A stretch of DNA of 64,000 nt from Bacteroidales bacterium (GCA_963668715.1 OY764960.1:3953438-4017437); one strand, 5' to 3'. Positions 45,091 to 56,501 are shown, numbered from the stretch's first letter. Made by a program: numbers and translations. Notes: generated by a model not told the origin, from the letters alone.

Positions 45091-46242
45091 TTATTCCTTA
45101 CTAAGATAATAATCATTAAGTATACCCGACAGCAGCGGTTTATAATACAGCCAGAAAAAACGTCTGGTATCGTTAACATCTTCTTCGCTGTACAAGAATC
45201 CTTTGATCATATTCAGAGATCCGAAACAGGCTGTCCATGGAGGAATATTGCTTGTTGCAAAATCGCCGCAGAAATATGTGGAGATGATGTCTCCCTGGTT
45301 AGCTATTACAGCAGGAAATTCCGACTGCAGGAAATGCCTGTCGAGCAGCATATCTCCTTCTTCGGTTGTTTGCAGTTTAAACGTGGATAAAACCTGGTTA
45401 TCCCTTGCATCAACTATATCGAAGGTTTTATCGAAGGCTACCTGAGAGACAAGGCCATAACGGCCGGCCGTTTCTTCTCCTGTTGTAATGAAAGGTATTC
45501 CTTTTTCAAGGTGTGTCCCTTCTTCCAGCACAAGTATCTCGTTTTCACCCTTCAGCAGAACGATACCCGGATTTTTAAATGTCCATGGAGCCCTGTTTGC
45601 CTTTTTATAAAGACTGACTATCCATGGCGGCAGATCGGCGCTTGCCGAATCAAGCGAAGCATAATACCGGCCTGTCCATCCTGTGGATTTGAAGCCCAGC
45701 AACTCCTCCACGCGATATCTTTCGTATGCATCGGTCGGATAATCGAACGTATTATATTCAAGTATTACCAGTTTCTCCCGTTTCTTCATCTCGGACATCA
45801 GCAGATAGTCGTTATTATTCAAGCCTCCATAGAGTTTTCGCGAGCGTCTGCTTCTGTTTATTCCCTGGTACCAGTCGTTGAAAAACACTCCGTAAGTATC
45901 TGCATAATAGATAGCATCGTTATTATCAGCTATATTGATCAGTTCGGCCAGCCGGAAGTCATTTCTTCTGAACTGTTTAGACCGCAACGGTTTAATAGGA
46001 TAAAAGCCATAATAATCTTTTCTGAGATAATACTTTTGCTTATTTTCCTTAACAAACCTGCTGTTGGCAAGTACCCAGGTAAGCGATCTGTGCTTAACCC
46101 GGTCAAGAGTATGAACTGTTTTATCCAGTATAACTATATCAATTGGTTTTTTCTCCTTAAACAGCCATCCGAAAAACCCGAAAGCCGGTAGTATCAGGAT
46201 GAGAACCAAAACGATGATAAGGATTATCAGAGGTTTTTTCAT
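45091..46242 (-). CDS. Hypothetical membrane-anchored protein
   Basis: N-terminal TM anchor; 383-aa ORF. Confidence 0.8.
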   Translation of the reverse strand: MKKPLIILIIVLVLILILPAFGFFGWLFKEKKPIDIVILDKTVHTLDRVKHRSLTWVLANSRFVKENKQKYYLRKDYYGFYPIKPLRSKQFRRNDFRLAELINIADNNDAIYYADTYGVFFNDWYQGINRSRRSRKLYGGLNNNDYLLMSEMKKREKLVILEYNTFDYPTDAYERYRVEELLGFKSTGWTGRYYASLDSASADLPPWIVSLYKKANRAPWTFKNPGIVLLKGENEILVLEEGTHLEKGIPFITTGEETAGRYGLVSQVAFDKTFDIVDARDNQVLSTFKLQTTEEGDMLLDRHFLQSEFPAVIANQGDIISTYFCGDFATSNIPPWTACFGSLNMIKGFLYSEEDVNDTRRFFWLYYKPLLSGILNDYYLSKE

Positions 46243-46371
46243 ATTACAGCTATTTGAAACTATTCAAATATTTATCTGGTTATTATGGTTTCAATTCATA
46301 AAAGTATTAATTTATTTCATTTAATGAAAAAAAAACCTGTGTATTTAATAAAAAGATAATAAAAAACAATT

Positions 46372-48084
46372 TCAGTAACCACAGGCTGTATCGTCACCTC
46401 TGGGGTCGGCTCCTGCCTCCAGAAGTCCGTCTTCCGTCAGCCTTATTGCATCCACTCTTCCGATAGGAACCCTGAGTTCTATCTTATGACCCATATTTTC
46501 AAGTTTTTGAATCAGTGATGAATCTGCACTTCCCTTTTCAAAATAAATCAGGTCGGGTTTCCACTGATGGTGAAAACGCGGTGCTTCCACGGCTTCCTGC
46601 ATGTTCATTCCGAAATCAAGTACGTTGATCACGGTCTGAAAGACCGAAGTGATTATTGTGGATCCTCCGGGCGAGCCGACAACCATATATAGCTTACCTT
46701 CCCTTGTTATTATAGTCGGGGTCATTGAGCTGAGCATTCTCTTGCCCGGTTGAATTGAGTTGGCTTCGCCTCCAACCAGACCATATATATTAGGATAACC
46801 GGGTTTGGATGAAAAATCATCCATTTCATTATTCAGCAGGAATCCTGCTCCCTCCACAACAATACCATTTCCATAGCTGCTATTGAGGGTAGTGGTCATA
46901 GACACGGCATTGCGGTCCCTGTCCACTACTGAAAAGTGGGTGGTCTGTTCGCTCTCCGGTACCTGTAATACGCCGTGTGATATATCATCAGATGATGATG
47001 CCCTGGCAGGGTTATAACCGGACATTCTTTCGGCAAGATAATCCGGGTCAACAAGGTCTTCTACAGGTATACTTATATAATCGGGGTCTCCCAGGTAATA
47101 TGCCCTGTCGGCATATACCCTTCGTTCGGCCTCGGTAAAAAGGTGAATACATTCGGGCGAATAAAACCCGTAATTACCGTCCAGCCTGTTTTCTACTATC
47201 CCAAGCAGTTGAAGCAGCGCCACGCCGCCACTTGACGGGGGCGGCATAGATATTATCTCATATCCTGAATAGTTACCTTTCACCGGTTCTCTCCATACCG
47301 GCTTATATGACTGAAGGTCATCATCCGTAATAAGGCCGTTGCCCTTATTCATCTCTGCCACTATCAGCTCTGCGGTCTCTCCCTTATAGAAACCGTCGGC
47401 GCCCATGTCCCTTATCCTTTCCAGGGTTGCAGCCAGGTCCTCTTGTTTGAGCGTATCGCCCTTATGCCATGGTTTATCCTTTACAAAAGCAACGGGATGA
47501 TCGTTCCTTTCAATAAAAAGCTTTCTTGTACTGTTAAGGGATCCAGCCTGTTTTTCCGCTACGGGAAAACCATCCCTGGCCAGGTCAATTGCCGGCTGAA
47601 TGATCTTTTCAAGTTCAAGTATACCATAATCAGAGTGCATCGCAAGTATTCCTGCGACAGAGCCCGGCACGCCACTGGCAGCCAGTGTCGCGGTACTCAT
47701 CCCTTTTATAATATCACCGGTATCATCCACATACATGTCACGATCCGATGCAGCAGGGGCTACTTCCCTGCAATCAAGAGCATTAGAGCTCCCGTCCGGC
47801 TTCCGGATCAGTATCAGTCCTCCCCCTCCGATATTTCCTGCATTAGGATAACAAACGGCCAGGGCAAAGGCAGTCGCAGCAGCTGCATCGAAAGCATTAC
47901 CTCCTTCCATAAGTATCTCCGTACCGGCCCTCGATGCCTCGGGGTGTGCCGATACAACCATCCCATTTGGGGAAGCGATGCCTCTTCCGCTTATTATTTT
48001 ATAATCGTCCCGGTTGCATGACGAAACCGGGATTAACATCAATAACAGAGTAACTGCCAACAGTTTTTGAATTCCTTCTTTCAT
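46372..48084 (-). CDS. ggt: Gamma-glutamyltransferase
   Basis: GGNAFDAA, GNIGGGG, TTHFSVVD, LNNEMDDF, LSSMTP, GSPGG. Confidence 0.97.
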   Translation of the reverse strand: MKEGIQKLLAVTLLLMLIPVSSCNRDDYKIISGRGIASPNGMVVSAHPEASRAGTEILMEGGNAFDAAAATAFALAVCYPNAGNIGGGGLILIRKPDGSSNALDCREVAPAASDRDMYVDDTGDIIKGMSTATLAASGVPGSVAGILAMHSDYGILELEKIIQPAIDLARDGFPVAEKQAGSLNSTRKLFIERNDHPVAFVKDKPWHKGDTLKQEDLAATLERIRDMGADGFYKGETAELIVAEMNKGNGLITDDDLQSYKPVWREPVKGNYSGYEIISMPPPSSGGVALLQLLGIVENRLDGNYGFYSPECIHLFTEAERRVYADRAYYLGDPDYISIPVEDLVDPDYLAERMSGYNPARASSSDDISHGVLQVPESEQTTHFSVVDRDRNAVSMTTTLNSSYGNGIVVEGAGFLLNNEMDDFSSKPGYPNIYGLVGGEANSIQPGKRMLSSMTPTIITREGKLYMVVGSPGGSTIITSVFQTVINVLDFGMNMQEAVEAPRFHHQWKPDLIYFEKGSADSSLIQKLENMGHKIELRVPIGRVDAIRLTEDGLLEAGADPRGDDTACGY

Positions 48085-48089
48085 TTTTA

Positions 48090-48821
48090 TTATCCTATTT
48101 CTGAGAGTACTTTTATCAGATCGTTCGAGAGTATTTTTATATGCTTACCCTCAAGATCTATTATCTTATCATTTTTAAATTCGTTAAGTGTTCTGATCAG
48201 GCTCTCCTTGGTCGTACCTATCAGTTCGGCCATCTCCTGCCTTGTGAGAGAAACGGTGAATTCCGGGCTTTTGTATACTTCTTCCGAAAAATACCTTATT
48301 AGATCGGCAACCCTGCCGGGAAGCTGTTTCATCGAAAAAGTCACGAGCTTGTCGGAAATATCTATTACCTCACCACCTAATATATTAAGCAGGGAGACGG
48401 AGAACAGCCCGTTCTTTTTTGCTATATCCCTTAATGTTTCCTTTCTTATCATTAATGCTTCAGTATCCTCTATGGCTGCCGCAGAATTACGATATACACC
48501 TGAAGCATAAGCGCTTGACAGTGCAGCAAAACTACCGGGGCCTACAAGCCTGATACAGACCACCCTGTCGCCCCTGCCTCCGCTGTACACCTTAATAAGA
48601 CCGCTTAAAACATATACTATATGGTCAGAAGGCATATTCTGCTTAAAAAGAATATCCTGCCTTTCAAAGGTCATAAGTGTTACACCTGCCGACAGCCTGA
48701 GTTTCTCTTCCTTTGTAAGGTAATTGAATATACCATCATCAGGAATAAGGTTATGAGGATCACTGTATACGGAATTTCTGCTGAAATCTTTCATTAACGG
48801 TTTTCTGTTCAATTTCTGCAT
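48090..48821 (-). CDS. Crp/Fnr-family transcriptional regulator
   Basis: cNMP domain plus 'LTRQEMAELIGTTKESLIRTL' HTH. Confidence 0.93.
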   Translation of the reverse strand: MQKLNRKPLMKDFSRNSVYSDPHNLIPDDGIFNYLTKEEKLRLSAGVTLMTFERQDILFKQNMPSDHIVYVLSGLIKVYSGGRGDRVVCIRLVGPGSFAALSSAYASGVYRNSAAAIEDTEALMIRKETLRDIAKKNGLFSVSLLNILGGEVIDISDKLVTFSMKQLPGRVADLIRYFSEEVYKSPEFTVSLTRQEMAELIGTTKESLIRTLNEFKNDKIIDLEGKHIKILSNDLIKVLSEIG

Positions 48822-48858
48822 GTAACGGACAAAAATATTATTTTTTTTTCAGTAATGA

Positions 48859-48870
48859 TGATCTAAATCA
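48859..48870. promoter_or_regulatory. Possible Crp/Fnr-type site TGAT-N4-ATCA
   Basis: TGATCTAAATCA upstream of the crp/fnr gene. Confidence 0.35.
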
Positions 48871-48958
48871 CCATAAAACGGTGATATTTTTTTCTGAAAG
48901 GGGGATATAATGTGCCCTATTTATTATAATCTTTATCCCGATTTGGAAATTACTGTTT

Positions 48959-49330
48959 ATGAATAAAAAGAACATACTTATCATTGACGATTCCAATACC
49001 AACCTTGTGCTTCTCGAATCCCTGTTCAAAAGGAGCGGGTATAAGGTTTATTCCGCTCTGAGTGCAAAAGAAGGGCTGGAATCAATAAAAGAAGATATTC
49101 CCGACCTCATCTATCTTGATCTCAGAATGCCCGAGCTCGACGGCTTTGGATTCATTGAGATATTAAGAAAAAACAATGAATGGAAAAACATACCTGTAGT
49201 TATCCTGTCGGCTGTATCCGACAGGGACTCCATAGCACAGGGAATAGAACTCGGAGTGACCGATTATCTCACAAAACCCCTTGACATAACAAGGGTTATC
49301 TCACTGACTAAAAACATATTAAGAAATTGA
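48959..49330 (+). CDS. Stand-alone response regulator receiver
   Basis: IIDD, LDLRMP.LDG, KP. Confidence 0.93.
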   Translation: MNKKNILIIDDSNTNLVLLESLFKRSGYKVYSALSAKEGLESIKEDIPDLIYLDLRMPELDGFGFIEILRKNNEWKNIPVVILSAVSDRDSIAQGIELGVTDYLTKPLDITRVISLTKNILRN

Positions 49331-49446
49331 ATTCTTTCAGGTCACGATTGTATAAGACACCTATTACTTAACAAAAACTTAACATTAAATTAATTATTAG
49401 ATGAGATTTGCTGGATACTTTTGCGCATATTTCATTTAATTCTTTT

Positions 49447-51690
49447 ATGGAGAAGTTCTATATCTTCGTTGTTGGCATTTTGTTCCTCCTTGCAATTTCC
49501 GATCTTATAGTAGGAGTAACCAATGATGCCGTAAATTTCCTTAATTCAGCCATCGGATCAAAAGTAGCTCCTTTTAAAATAATATTGCTTATTGCGACCA
49601 TAGGCATAATTACAGGCGCAACTTTTTCAAGCGGTATGATGGAAGTGGCGCGGAAAGGTATTTTCAATCCCGGCGAATTCTTTTTCGCCGATCTGATGAT
49701 AATCTTTCTTGCCGTCATGCTGACCGATATTATACTGCTTGACCTCTTCAACACATTCGGACTGCCTACCTCCACTACTGTTTCCATAGTGTTTGAACTG
49801 CTGGGGGCATCGGTAGGTATAGCCATTGTTAAGCTAATGGGCGATCCTGACAGTGCTAATACACTTGGTACGTATATTAACTCGAGCAAAGCCCTGGCGA
49901 TCATTTCGGGTATACTCCTGTCCATTGTGGTGGCATTTACAGCCGGTGCTTTAATAATGTATATCACCAGGATACTTTTCAGCTTCAACTATAAGAAGAA
50001 CATGAAATATTTCGGTTCTCTATGGGGAGGGCTGGCAATAACCGTGATAACCTACTTCATACTTATAAAGGGAGCCAAGGGAGCATCATTCATGTCGGAT
50101 GAGGTAACAACCTGGATAGCAGAGAATACCCTGATGCTGATGCTTTACAGTTTTGCAGGATGGACTGTTCTCCTTCAGATACTGATCTGGTTATTCAGGA
50201 TTAACATCCCGAGAATAATTGTGCTGGTAGGCACTTTCTCACTGGCCATGGCATTTGCAGGTAACGATCTTATTAACTTCATAGGTGTTCCTCTTGCCGG
50301 GTTTGAATCATTCAAAGCCTGGGCTTCGTCGGGCGTCTCACCCGATGCCTTCCCTATGACAGCGCTTGCGGGACAGATAAAGACACCCACGATATTCCTG
50401 CTGGCAGCAGGGCTTATTATGGCTCTTGCCCTGTGGTTCTCCAAAAAGTCAAGGACTGTTACAAAAACCGAGATAAACCTTGCCCGTCAGGATGAAGGAA
50501 CGGAAATGTTCAAATCACTTGGTCTGGCAAGGTCGCTTGTAAGATTAGGCAGCGCAATAGCCGTAAATGTCAAACGAATAATACCGGCAAAAACAAAAAA
50601 ATGGGTCAACAGCCGTTTCAACACAAGCTTTATCAAAAAAAGCACTAAAGGGCAGGATGATGCATCATTCGACCTGCTCAGGGCTTCCATCAATATGGTA
50701 GTTGCCAGTATTTTAATTGCCCTTGGTACCTCATTGAAGCTTCCACTGTCAACAACCTATGTTACTTTTATGGTTGCCATGGGTACCTCACTGGCAGACA
50801 GGGCCTGGGGCAGGGAAAGCGCAGTATACAGAATATCCGGTGTCATGGTTGTGATAACAGGCTGGTTCTTTACAGCTCTCGCCGCCTTTACCGTGTCATT
50901 CCTTCTGGCCCTGCTGATAAACTGGCTGGGACTTGCCGGTATACTGGTAATAATAGTGATGATGCTGGCAATACTTTTCAGCAGTTATAAGGCACACAAG
51001 GGCAGGATCAAAAAAGCCGAAGATGAAGAAGCAGAAGTTAAAGCTATTGAGAATGAGGCAACAATAACCGAAATAACAAGGGATATGCTGATCAAGCAAC
51101 TTATTTCCCTCTCGTCATTATATGACAAGACTATTCTGGCTCTGCTGGGTGAGCATCTCAGAACGCTTCGTAACCTCAAAAAGGATATAAAGCATTTCGA
51201 TATATCGGCCAAGCTGAAAAAAGACAATGTCCAAAAGTTCATCAGAAAGCTGGATGATTCGAAAATAGGCGCAGGCCCGTATTATGTACAGGTTCATGAC
51301 TATCTCAGGGAAAGCGCACATTCGCTGTCATATGTTTTCGAGCCGGCATTCAGACATGTCGATAACCACCACCAGCCCCTCAATCCGGAACAGCAGGAAG
51401 ACCTTAAGGTGTTAAGCAGGGAACTGGGTGAATACCTGAACTACCTGATTGCAATATTAAAATCCAATAATTTCGATGATATAAGAGCTTCTTTCAGCAA
51501 ACAGGATAAGCTTATCGAATATATCGAATCGATACGTAAAAACCAGATAAAACGCATCAAGAAAGGTGTTTCAGGAACCAAGGCCACTATTTTATACCTG
51601 GATGTGCTTACTGAAACAAAAAACCTTATTCTGCAGACGGGTAATATTCTCAAGGCATACCGGGATTTTACCAATGTAATGATGAAATAA
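49447..51690 (+). CDS. PiT-family inorganic phosphate transporter with a PhoU-like C-terminus
   Basis: GVTNDAVNF, GLPTSTT, AGNDLINF, LPLSTT; start taken at MEKFY. Confidence 0.9.
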   Translation: MEKFYIFVVGILFLLAISDLIVGVTNDAVNFLNSAIGSKVAPFKIILLIATIGIITGATFSSGMMEVARKGIFNPGEFFFADLMIIFLAVMLTDIILLDLFNTFGLPTSTTVSIVFELLGASVGIAIVKLMGDPDSANTLGTYINSSKALAIISGILLSIVVAFTAGALIMYITRILFSFNYKKNMKYFGSLWGGLAITVITYFILIKGAKGASFMSDEVTTWIAENTLMLMLYSFAGWTVLLQILIWLFRINIPRIIVLVGTFSLAMAFAGNDLINFIGVPLAGFESFKAWASSGVSPDAFPMTALAGQIKTPTIFLLAAGLIMALALWFSKKSRTVTKTEINLARQDEGTEMFKSLGLARSLVRLGSAIAVNVKRIIPAKTKKWVNSRFNTSFIKKSTKGQDDASFDLLRASINMVVASILIALGTSLKLPLSTTYVTFMVAMGTSLADRAWGRESAVYRISGVMVVITGWFFTALAAFTVSFLLALLINWLGLAGILVIIVMMLAILFSSYKAHKGRIKKAEDEEAEVKAIENEATITEITRDMLIKQLISLSSLYDKTILALLGEHLRTLRNLKKDIKHFDISAKLKKDNVQKFIRKLDDSKIGAGPYYVQVHDYLRESAHSLSYVFEPAFRHVDNHHQPLNPEQQEDLKVLSRELGEYLNYLIAILKSNNFDDIRASFSKQDKLIEYIESIRKNQIKRIKKGVSGTKATILYLDVLTETKNLILQTGNILKAYRDFTNVMMK

Positions 51691-51767
51691 ACAAAGAGTT
51701 ACTCAAATGTCAGCATACTGACAGGTCTTTTTTGCCATCATTTGTTAATTTTGCATAAAACAGAATT

Positions 51768-53069
51768 ATGCTTTCAAATAAACCGTTGGCGGAAAGAATG
51801 CGTCCTGTAAAGCTATCCGGCTATATCGGGCAGGATCACCTTACCGGTGATAATTCGACGTTCAGGAGAAACATCGAATCGGGCAGTATCCCGTCATTCA
51901 TCCTGTGGGGCCCTCCGGGGGTCGGCAAAACAACTCTTGCCGGTATTATAGCATCAATGCATAACCGGCCTTTCTATCAGCTCAGCGCTGTTCACTCGGG
52001 AGTTAAGGATATAAGGGAGACAATAGAAAAAGCAAAAAAACAACAGTTCTTCGATAATCCCAATCCTGTTCTTTTTATTGATGAGATACACAGGTTCTCA
52101 AAATCACAGCAGGATTCACTGCTGGGAGCTATAGAAAAGGGCATCATAACACTCATCGGGGCCACAACGGAAAACCCGTCGTTTGAGATCATCTCCCCTC
52201 TTCTTTCCCGTTGTCAGGTCTATGTACTGAAACCCCTCGGTGATGAACACCTGAAGATACTGGCGGATAAAGCATTAAAAGAAGATATATACCTGAAGGA
52301 ACTCAATATAGAGATCAGGGAATACGAAGCACTTGTAAGAAGTTCGGGCGGAGATGCGAGAAAACTGTACAATGCCCTTGAACTGGCGGTTACCTCGGAA
52401 AAACAGTCACCGGAAGATAAAAGCGCAAGGATCGTTCTGGATAATAAAAAAGTACTCGCTCACATACAGAACAATATTGCATTGTACGACAAAGGAGGAG
52501 AACAGCATTATGATATTATTTCAGCTTTTATCAAATCTGTCAGGGGCAGTGATCCGAATGCTGCCGTATACTGGCTTGCCAGGATGACTGAAGGAGGTGA
52601 AGATGTCAAGTTTATTGCCAGAAGGCTGCTTATTCTTGCAGCCGAAGATATAGGACTTGCCAATCCAAACGCCCTGCTTATTGCTCAGGCCTGCTTTGAT
52701 GCGGTACACCTCACCGGCTGGCCGGAAGCAAGGATAATACTTTCCGAAGCAACCATATACCTTGCCTGCTCGCCAAAAAGCAATTCGGCATATATGGCCA
52801 TAGAAAATGCTATTGCGGAAGTTAAGAGATCAGGCGACAAGCCTGTTCCCCTTCATCTTCGCAATGCACCTACCGGGCTTATGAAAGACCTGGAGTATGG
52901 TAAAGATTATAAGTATGCTCACTCTTATGAAGGACATTTTGTAGAAGAAGAGTATCTTCCGAAAGACCTTGGCGGTACCGTCTTTTACTCTCCCGGAGAA
53001 AACAGCAGGGAAAAAGAACTGGCTGCAAGGCTTAAAATACTCTGGAAAAAATATTACGGGAAGGGCTAA
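51768..53069 (+). CDS. rarA: Replication-associated recombination protein A
   Basis: GPPGVGKTT, DEIHRF, ATTENP, KSVRGSD, EDIGLA, KSNSAY. Confidence 0.96.
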   Translation: MLSNKPLAERMRPVKLSGYIGQDHLTGDNSTFRRNIESGSIPSFILWGPPGVGKTTLAGIIASMHNRPFYQLSAVHSGVKDIRETIEKAKKQQFFDNPNPVLFIDEIHRFSKSQQDSLLGAIEKGIITLIGATTENPSFEIISPLLSRCQVYVLKPLGDEHLKILADKALKEDIYLKELNIEIREYEALVRSSGGDARKLYNALELAVTSEKQSPEDKSARIVLDNKKVLAHIQNNIALYDKGGEQHYDIISAFIKSVRGSDPNAAVYWLARMTEGGEDVKFIARRLLILAAEDIGLANPNALLIAQACFDAVHLTGWPEARIILSEATIYLACSPKSNSAYMAIENAIAEVKRSGDKPVPLHLRNAPTGLMKDLEYGKDYKYAHSYEGHFVEEEYLPKDLGGTVFYSPGENSREKELAARLKILWKKYYGKG

Positions 53070-53109
53070 ACGCATTTGAAACTATAATCTTACCTTTACA
53101 AATAAAAAT

Positions 53110-53937
53110 ATGATCCCGGATATAGCTGGAATAAAATATGCCGATACTAATAATTTCTTTCTTCTGGCAGGACCATGCGTTGTCGAGAGCAGGGAGATCC
53201 TCGATGAAGTGGCGCGGAAAGTTGCCGGCATATGCGATAAATACGGAATACCACTGGTACTGAAAGCTTCATACAGGAAAGCAAACAGATCAAGGTACGA
53301 TTCCTTTAAAGGTATAGGCGACAGTAAAGCTCTGGAGATACTTGCCGAAACCGGCAGGAAATATTCAGTACCTGTCATAACCGATATCCATACGCCTGAT
53401 GAGGTTGAAATGGCAGCCGGATATGCCGATGTTCTGCAAATACCTGCATTCCTCTGCAGGCAGACCGAGCTGCTTGCAGCTACCGCCGTTACGGGCAAAT
53501 GGATAAATATCAAAAAAGGCCAGTTTCTTTCGGGAGAATCAATGAAATATGCTGCAGATAAAATAAGACAAAACGGAAACAACAGGATAATACTGACTGA
53601 CAGGGGAAATATGTTCGGCTATTCCGACCTTGTGGTAGATATGAGAAATATCCCGATCATGAAAAAACACGGGACGCCTGTGGTGATGGATATAACCCAT
53701 TCTCTTCAGAAGCCCAATCAGCCGGGCGGAATATCAGGGGGTGACCCTGAAATGATAGAAACAATTGGTCGCGCTGCCATTGCTGCAGGGGCCGACGGCA
53801 TTTTCCTCGAGACACACCCGGAGCCTGCCAGGGCGCTGTCTGACGGTGCAAACATGCTACATCTGGACATGCTCGACGATTTGCTACACGGATTATGTGA
53901 AATAAGAAAAACAATAATAACCATTGAAAATACGTAA
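53110..53937 (+). CDS. kdsA: KDO8P synthase
   Basis: AGPCVVE, KANRS, QIPAFLCRQT, NIKKGQF, DITHSLQ, ETHP. Confidence 0.97.
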   Translation: MIPDIAGIKYADTNNFFLLAGPCVVESREILDEVARKVAGICDKYGIPLVLKASYRKANRSRYDSFKGIGDSKALEILAETGRKYSVPVITDIHTPDEVEMAAGYADVLQIPAFLCRQTELLAATAVTGKWINIKKGQFLSGESMKYAADKIRQNGNNRIILTDRGNMFGYSDLVVDMRNIPIMKKHGTPVVMDITHSLQKPNQPGGISGGDPEMIETIGRAAIAAGADGIFLETHPEPARALSDGANMLHLDMLDDLLHGLCEIRKTIITIENT

Positions 53938-53938
53938 A

Positions 53939-54640
53939 ATGAAAAAATCACTCTTTGTTCTGTCAGCCCTGTTGCTGACAATATATGCCGGCGGGCAGGA
54001 TCTCGACAATATCGTAAAAAAACATCTGAAAGCTATAAATGCCGCGAAGCTTTCCGAATTCAAATCGCTCATGGTAAAGGGATCTCTCAGCCAGCAAGGT
54101 ATGATACTTGACATGCTTATGTATGAAAAAGCCCCTGATAAACTCAAGGCCGTCACTACATTCAACGGCATGGATATAGTACAAATTGTCAACGGTGACA
54201 AGGGAATAATGATAAACCCCATGATGGGATCAACCGAACCCGTCAATATTCCCCCCGACCAGATCGAATCAATAAAAAGCAGCAGCATGCTGGGAAGCAG
54301 CATAGAGAAGGAATACAAGGCCGGTAATCTTGAAACGGACGGCGAAGGTGAGGTAGACGGAAGTCCTGCATATAAGATAAAAGTAAAGTCGCCCGTAGGA
54401 GACAGAACTGTCTATATTGACAAAAAAACATACTATATCACGCAGATAAGTATGAGTGTAAGCCAGATGGGAACGGACTATGACGTGGATATGAAAATGA
54501 GCAATTTTGAAACTATTGACGGGGTACCGCTGGCCAAAACAATAGACACATATATGAACGGAATGGCTGCGGGCAGTCTGACCTATGACAGCATACAGTT
54601 CAACGTGAGTATAGACGATTCGGAATTTGATATTAAATAA
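53939..54640 (+). CDS. Secreted LolA-like / outer-membrane lipoprotein-sorting-type protein
   Basis: Signal peptide MKKSLFVL...; beta-rich; C-terminal 'IQFNVSIDDSEF'. Confidence 0.7.
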   Translation: MKKSLFVLSALLLTIYAGGQDLDNIVKKHLKAINAAKLSEFKSLMVKGSLSQQGMILDMLMYEKAPDKLKAVTTFNGMDIVQIVNGDKGIMINPMMGSTEPVNIPPDQIESIKSSSMLGSSIEKEYKAGNLETDGEGEVDGSPAYKIKVKSPVGDRTVYIDKKTYYITQISMSVSQMGTDYDVDMKMSNFETIDGVPLAKTIDTYMNGMAAGSLTYDSIQFNVSIDDSEFDIK

Positions 54641-54641
54641 A

Positions 54642-55013
54642 GCAGCAAACCTGTAAGCCGGATTCTGTAACCCGGTCTGCTGTCTCACAGAGATAATCGG
54701 CCGGGCTTTCTGCCATTTATCTGGGCCATCCATCACTGGGTGGCTCTAACGACCTACCCCCCGGCATCGGACGAGCAATCCTCAAAGCCGGTATACATGG
54801 TCTTTCAACCCATAAGACGTACGGCGCGAAGTGTTGCCACCCCGCCCGGTGAGCTCTTACCTCACCTTTTCACCCTTACCCCGAGTGATCGGGGCGGTTA
54901 TTTTCTGTTACGCTGCTATACCCTCAGGGGTATCTTCCCGTTAGGAAGTATGGCGCTCTGCGTTGTCCGGACTTTCCTCCCCGGGTGTCCGGGGCGGCAG
55001 AACGGTTTGCTGC
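54642..55013 (-). ncRNA. rnpB: RNase P RNA (type A)
   Basis: - strand GAGGAAAGTCCGG...AGAGCGCCA...GAATCCGGCTTAC; P1 ends GCAGCAAACC / GGTTTGCTGC. Confidence 0.97.
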
Positions 55014-55040
55014 ACTGCAAAAGTAATCAATTGCCGGGAA

Positions 55041-56405
55041 TCAGAAGACCGTTACGGTCTTAATATTCACAAATTCAAGTATTCCGTATTCCGACAGTTC
55101 CCTTCCATATCCCGAACTCTTCACTCCACCGAACGGAAGTGCCGGGTCCGATTTGGTAAAACCGTTGAACGTGACGGTGCCCGTATCGATATCAGCCTGT
55201 AACTTATCCATCAGTTTCCTGTCGGAAGTAAAGACCGAACAGCCCAGCCCGAATCTTGATTCGTTAACCCTGCAAATGAGCTCTTCATAATCCTTAAAGC
55301 TGAATACGGGCAGGACAGGCCCGAAAACCTCCTCGGTAGCCAGAGGGCTGTCATAAGGCACGTTAACCAGCACAGACGGCTCATAGAATCCCTTACGGGG
55401 GTAGTCTATCCTTCCGCCTGTTACTACCACGGCCCCCATTTCTATTGTTTTTCTTACCTGCCTGTCAAGTTCATCGGCAGCTTTCCAGTTAACCATAGGA
55501 CCTATGAAAGTATCTGCTAATGAAGGATCGCCGCAGGGAAGCGCCTTTACCCTTCCCGTAATAAGATTTAAAAACTCAGGGTAAACGCGTTCATGAACAA
55601 ATAATCTTTTTGAAGCAATACAGCTCTGTCCCGTATTCTGAAACCTCCCCTGAACAAGTGCCTCGGCAGCCTTTTCAAGGTCTGCATCGCCGAAAACAAT
55701 AAAAGGATCGTTTCCTCCCAGTTCAAGCACAAGTTTCTTTGTGCTGGCCCCTGCAACAGAAGCAACCTTTTCGCCTGCAATATTGCTGCCTGTCAGGCTC
55801 ACTGTCCTTACATATTCAGACTCAATAACTCTCTTCACCTGGTCGTGGTCAATAAACAGGTTCCTGAATACATCAACGGGAAATCCGGCCTTAACAATGG
55901 CATTTTCAATATTCTCCGCACAGCCTGGCACATTAGATGCATGCTTCAGCACCACACAATTACCCGCGACAAGAGCAGGCGCCAGGCATCTTATAACCTG
56001 CCAGTACGGAAAATTCCATGGCATCACTGCGAATACTATACCCTGTGGGTCATACCTGAGATAAGAAGTACCGGATGAAGAAGAATGCCTGACCGTCCTG
56101 AGAAATTCATCCGCCCTTTCGGCATAATACCTGCAGGCTAAAGCGCTTTTCTCAACCTCAGCCAGCGACTGAGTGACCGGCTTACCCATCTCCGTGGTAA
56201 TTGCAGCAGCATGATACTCCTTCTCTATTTCAAGCAGACCGGCCAGCTTCATAAGCAAATCCTGCCTTTCTTCGATGCCTGTCTTCCTCCATCTCCTGAA
56301 TGCACGGGAAACGGTAAAAAGGATATTGTCAAGCTCACTGTCGCTTATAAAGTTATAATTCTTTATCAGCCTGCCTGTATAGGGATTAATACTTTTATAT
56401 GCCAT
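55041..56405 (-). CDS. NAD(P)-dependent succinate-semialdehyde dehydrogenase family
   Basis: MPWNFP, LKHAS, TGS, LELGG, GQSC, EEVFGP, PFGGVKSSG. Confidence 0.92.
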   Translation of the reverse strand: MAYKSINPYTGRLIKNYNFISDSELDNILFTVSRAFRRWRKTGIEERQDLLMKLAGLLEIEKEYHAAAITTEMGKPVTQSLAEVEKSALACRYYAERADEFLRTVRHSSSSGTSYLRYDPQGIVFAVMPWNFPYWQVIRCLAPALVAGNCVVLKHASNVPGCAENIENAIVKAGFPVDVFRNLFIDHDQVKRVIESEYVRTVSLTGSNIAGEKVASVAGASTKKLVLELGGNDPFIVFGDADLEKAAEALVQGRFQNTGQSCIASKRLFVHERVYPEFLNLITGRVKALPCGDPSLADTFIGPMVNWKAADELDRQVRKTIEMGAVVVTGGRIDYPRKGFYEPSVLVNVPYDSPLATEEVFGPVLPVFSFKDYEELICRVNESRFGLGCSVFTSDRKLMDKLQADIDTGTVTFNGFTKSDPALPFGGVKSSGYGRELSEYGILEFVNIKTVTVF

Positions 56406-56501
56406 TCCTGTTTGTATGTTTGTTTTTAATTACTGTCTGGAACAAATTTAGTTATTTTTGTCCAGCCGGAAGATTGCAGTGGTAGTATAAAATCAAAATC
56501 G

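Noticed and set aside
54740-55063. ORFs 54740..55063 and 54963..55202
   Set aside because: They overlap rnpB; shadows of the RNA gene.
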